Origin: Xylographa opegraphella
Lineage: Eukaryota
Length of the DNA stretch: 34,759 nt
Assembly (NCBI GenBank): GCA_022813865.1
Contig: JALDZX010000069.1
Coordinates: 62,001-96,759 of the forward strand
Direction: 5' to 3'
Of the stretch, positions 33,592-34,759 are shown piece by piece (position 1 is the stretch's first letter; each line of letters opens with the position of its first letter). The position numbers were made by a program, and so were the translations under genes. Under the pieces are notes generated by a model. The model did not search any database. It was not told where the DNA came from and was given only the letters and a program-made list of their open reading frames with translations.

Positions 33592-33837
33592 TGTAACGGC
33601 GTGTTACATGGCACCTTAACAAGTGATAGACGGAACGGGACTAAAGCGCGTCCGGGACTCAGGCTAGTTCGAAAGCGGCTAGGAGTCTTGGAGTTAGCAC
33701 TGTTTATTTTAACTTCTACGTGTATTACTAAACTTGCTTCCTTNTATTATTCTAGGTTGAAATCGCTCACCTATAGCTGAGGTTCTAGGCCTGCTTTTCT
33801 GGTGAGATAGCGAGCCGTAACACCATTCGCCGTTACA
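33592..33837. mobile_element. LTR-like element (246 bp, TG...CA) with perfect 10-bp terminal inverted repeats, no intact TSD
   Basis: Begins TGTAACGGCG, ends CGCCGTTACA. Flanks TTTAT / GGCAA differ. Confidence 0.6.
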
Positions 33838-33880
33838 GGCAAGAGCTTCCACGATCACTCCAGGCCCTGGCAGCATTCAA

Positions 33881-33940
33881 GCTCGTGACATTCTGGCAGT
33901 AAAAAAGCTCGTGACATTCTGGCAGTAAAAAAGCTCGTGA
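33881..33940 (+). repeat. 26-bp perfect tandem repeat, 2.3 copies
   Basis: (gctcgtgacattctggcagtaaaaaa) x2 + gctcgtga. Confidence 0.9.
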
Positions 33941-33946
33941 GTCCCC

Positions 33947-34695
33947 TGTAGTAAAATCAAAGAAATCGATTACAAAAACCCGAAATCATATTCGATTTTG
34001 ATTTTAAAAATAATTATTATATTCGAATAAAATTTTAAAAATCGTAATCATTGAATCAAAATGATAAGGTTCTGACCAATGTCGTGTGGAACAGGGGTCG
34101 GAGGAACCTTATTCCGGCTGCCCCCTCTGCCTCCTCGGGAGGCATGGGAGGCATGACCCCTTAGCCTCAGTGGCCTCCTTGGGAGGTATGGGAGGCATCT
34201 TAGAACAGGACTTCTATATAGAGTGGAGGATTTCCTTTATTGTAGAAGGCGTGTTCAACTCATGTTATGATCTTAGACTAGTAGGCTTCAATACAACACT
34301 GTACGAAGACTATTACTCTTGGAGAACGATCAGCCTGTTATTGTGCCTTCCTATTCATTCATTGACGAATCCAACCCAGATCCCCAATCGAACCATACTA
34401 GTGAAAAGCAGGATCGTAACACAAAATCGAATAATAAAATCGATTTAAAATCGATTATAATCGATTACAATTATAATTTCTAATTTTTTTTAAAAAAAAA
34501 TTAGAAAAATTAATATTTTCATTAAAACCCTTTTTGATATTGATTTTTTATTATTCGATATATTAATAATTTAATGTAATTTAATAAATAATCATATAAA
34601 GAATTAAAATTCATAAAATTATACACGTAAATTTATAAATTTAATAATTTATAAATACATATTTAAAATTTCAACACGTATTTAATTAAAATATT
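33947..34695. mobile_element. AT-rich, RIP-like degenerate repeat with arrays of AATCGA(TT) motifs, probably the subterminal region of a DNA transposon, interrupted by a solo LTR
   Basis: Repeated aaatcgattacaa / aatcgattataa / attcgaataa motifs on both sides of the 34062-34421 insertion; very high A+T and TpA content. Confidence 0.5.
34062..34421 (+). mobile_element. Solo LTR of an LTR retrotransposon (360 bp) with intact 5-bp target-site duplication CAAAA
   Basis: CAAAA (34057-34061) | TGATAAGGTTCTG ... CAGGATCGTAACA | CAAAA (34422-34426). Imperfect terminal inverted repeat (9/13), TATA-like CTATATAGAG near 34214, AATACA near 34290; balanced GC within AT-rich flanks. Confidence 0.8.
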
Positions 34696-34759
34696 AAGAA
34701 AAGAAAAGAAAAGAAAAGAAAAGAAAAGAAAAGAAAAGAAAAGAAAAGAAAAGAAAAGA
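34696..34759 (+). repeat. (AAAAG)n pentanucleotide microsatellite running to the window end
   Basis: About 12-13 perfect copies. Confidence 0.95.

Noticed and set aside
33881..33940. 26-bp repeat as a CRISPR-like array
   Set aside because: Eukaryotic context, no spacers, no cas genes.
34086..34448. 120-aa ORF in the repeat region
   Set aside because: Lies almost entirely within the solo LTR; no gag/pol similarity visible.
34696..34759. (AAAAG)n as a telomere
   Set aside because: Not the TTAGGG-type repeat expected in filamentous ascomycetes; more likely a microsatellite, possibly at a contig break.

Overview
Gene-dense genomic DNA of a filamentous ascomycete (Pezizomycotina-type short GT-AG introns with RCTRAC branch points; finer lineage cannot be determined from the window). 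Eleven protein-coding genes can be reconstructed. In order: 5' part of an RGS-LOV blue-light-receptor-like gene (-), HRD1 ERAD E3 ligase (-), MFS transporter (+), AhpD/CMD-fold protein with a PTS1-like end (+), C2H2 zinc-finger transcription factor behind a ~4.4 kb gene-free region (+), DNA primase large subunit PRI2 (+), patatin-like lipase (-), high-affinity cAMP phosphodiesterase (-), CCR4 deadenylase (-), SAM-dependent methyltransferase-like protein (+) and a 4-exon LYRM5-like protein largely missed by the ORF track (-). The last ~1.25 kb is an AT-rich, RIP-like nest of transposon relics: two LTR-like elements (one with an intact 5-bp target-site duplication), a 26-bp tandem repeat, AATCGATT arrays and an (AAAAG)n run. 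The most interesting object is the C2H2 factor. It has two in-frame alternative 5' splice donors 546 nt apart, and an in-frame TGA in a CARYYA readthrough context (TGA CAA TCA) followed by 142 more open codons. That stop also lies inside a possible 42-nt intron, so isoform production may be regulated by readthrough and/or splicing. All gene models and family assignments come from manual reading and motif recall; no searches were run.
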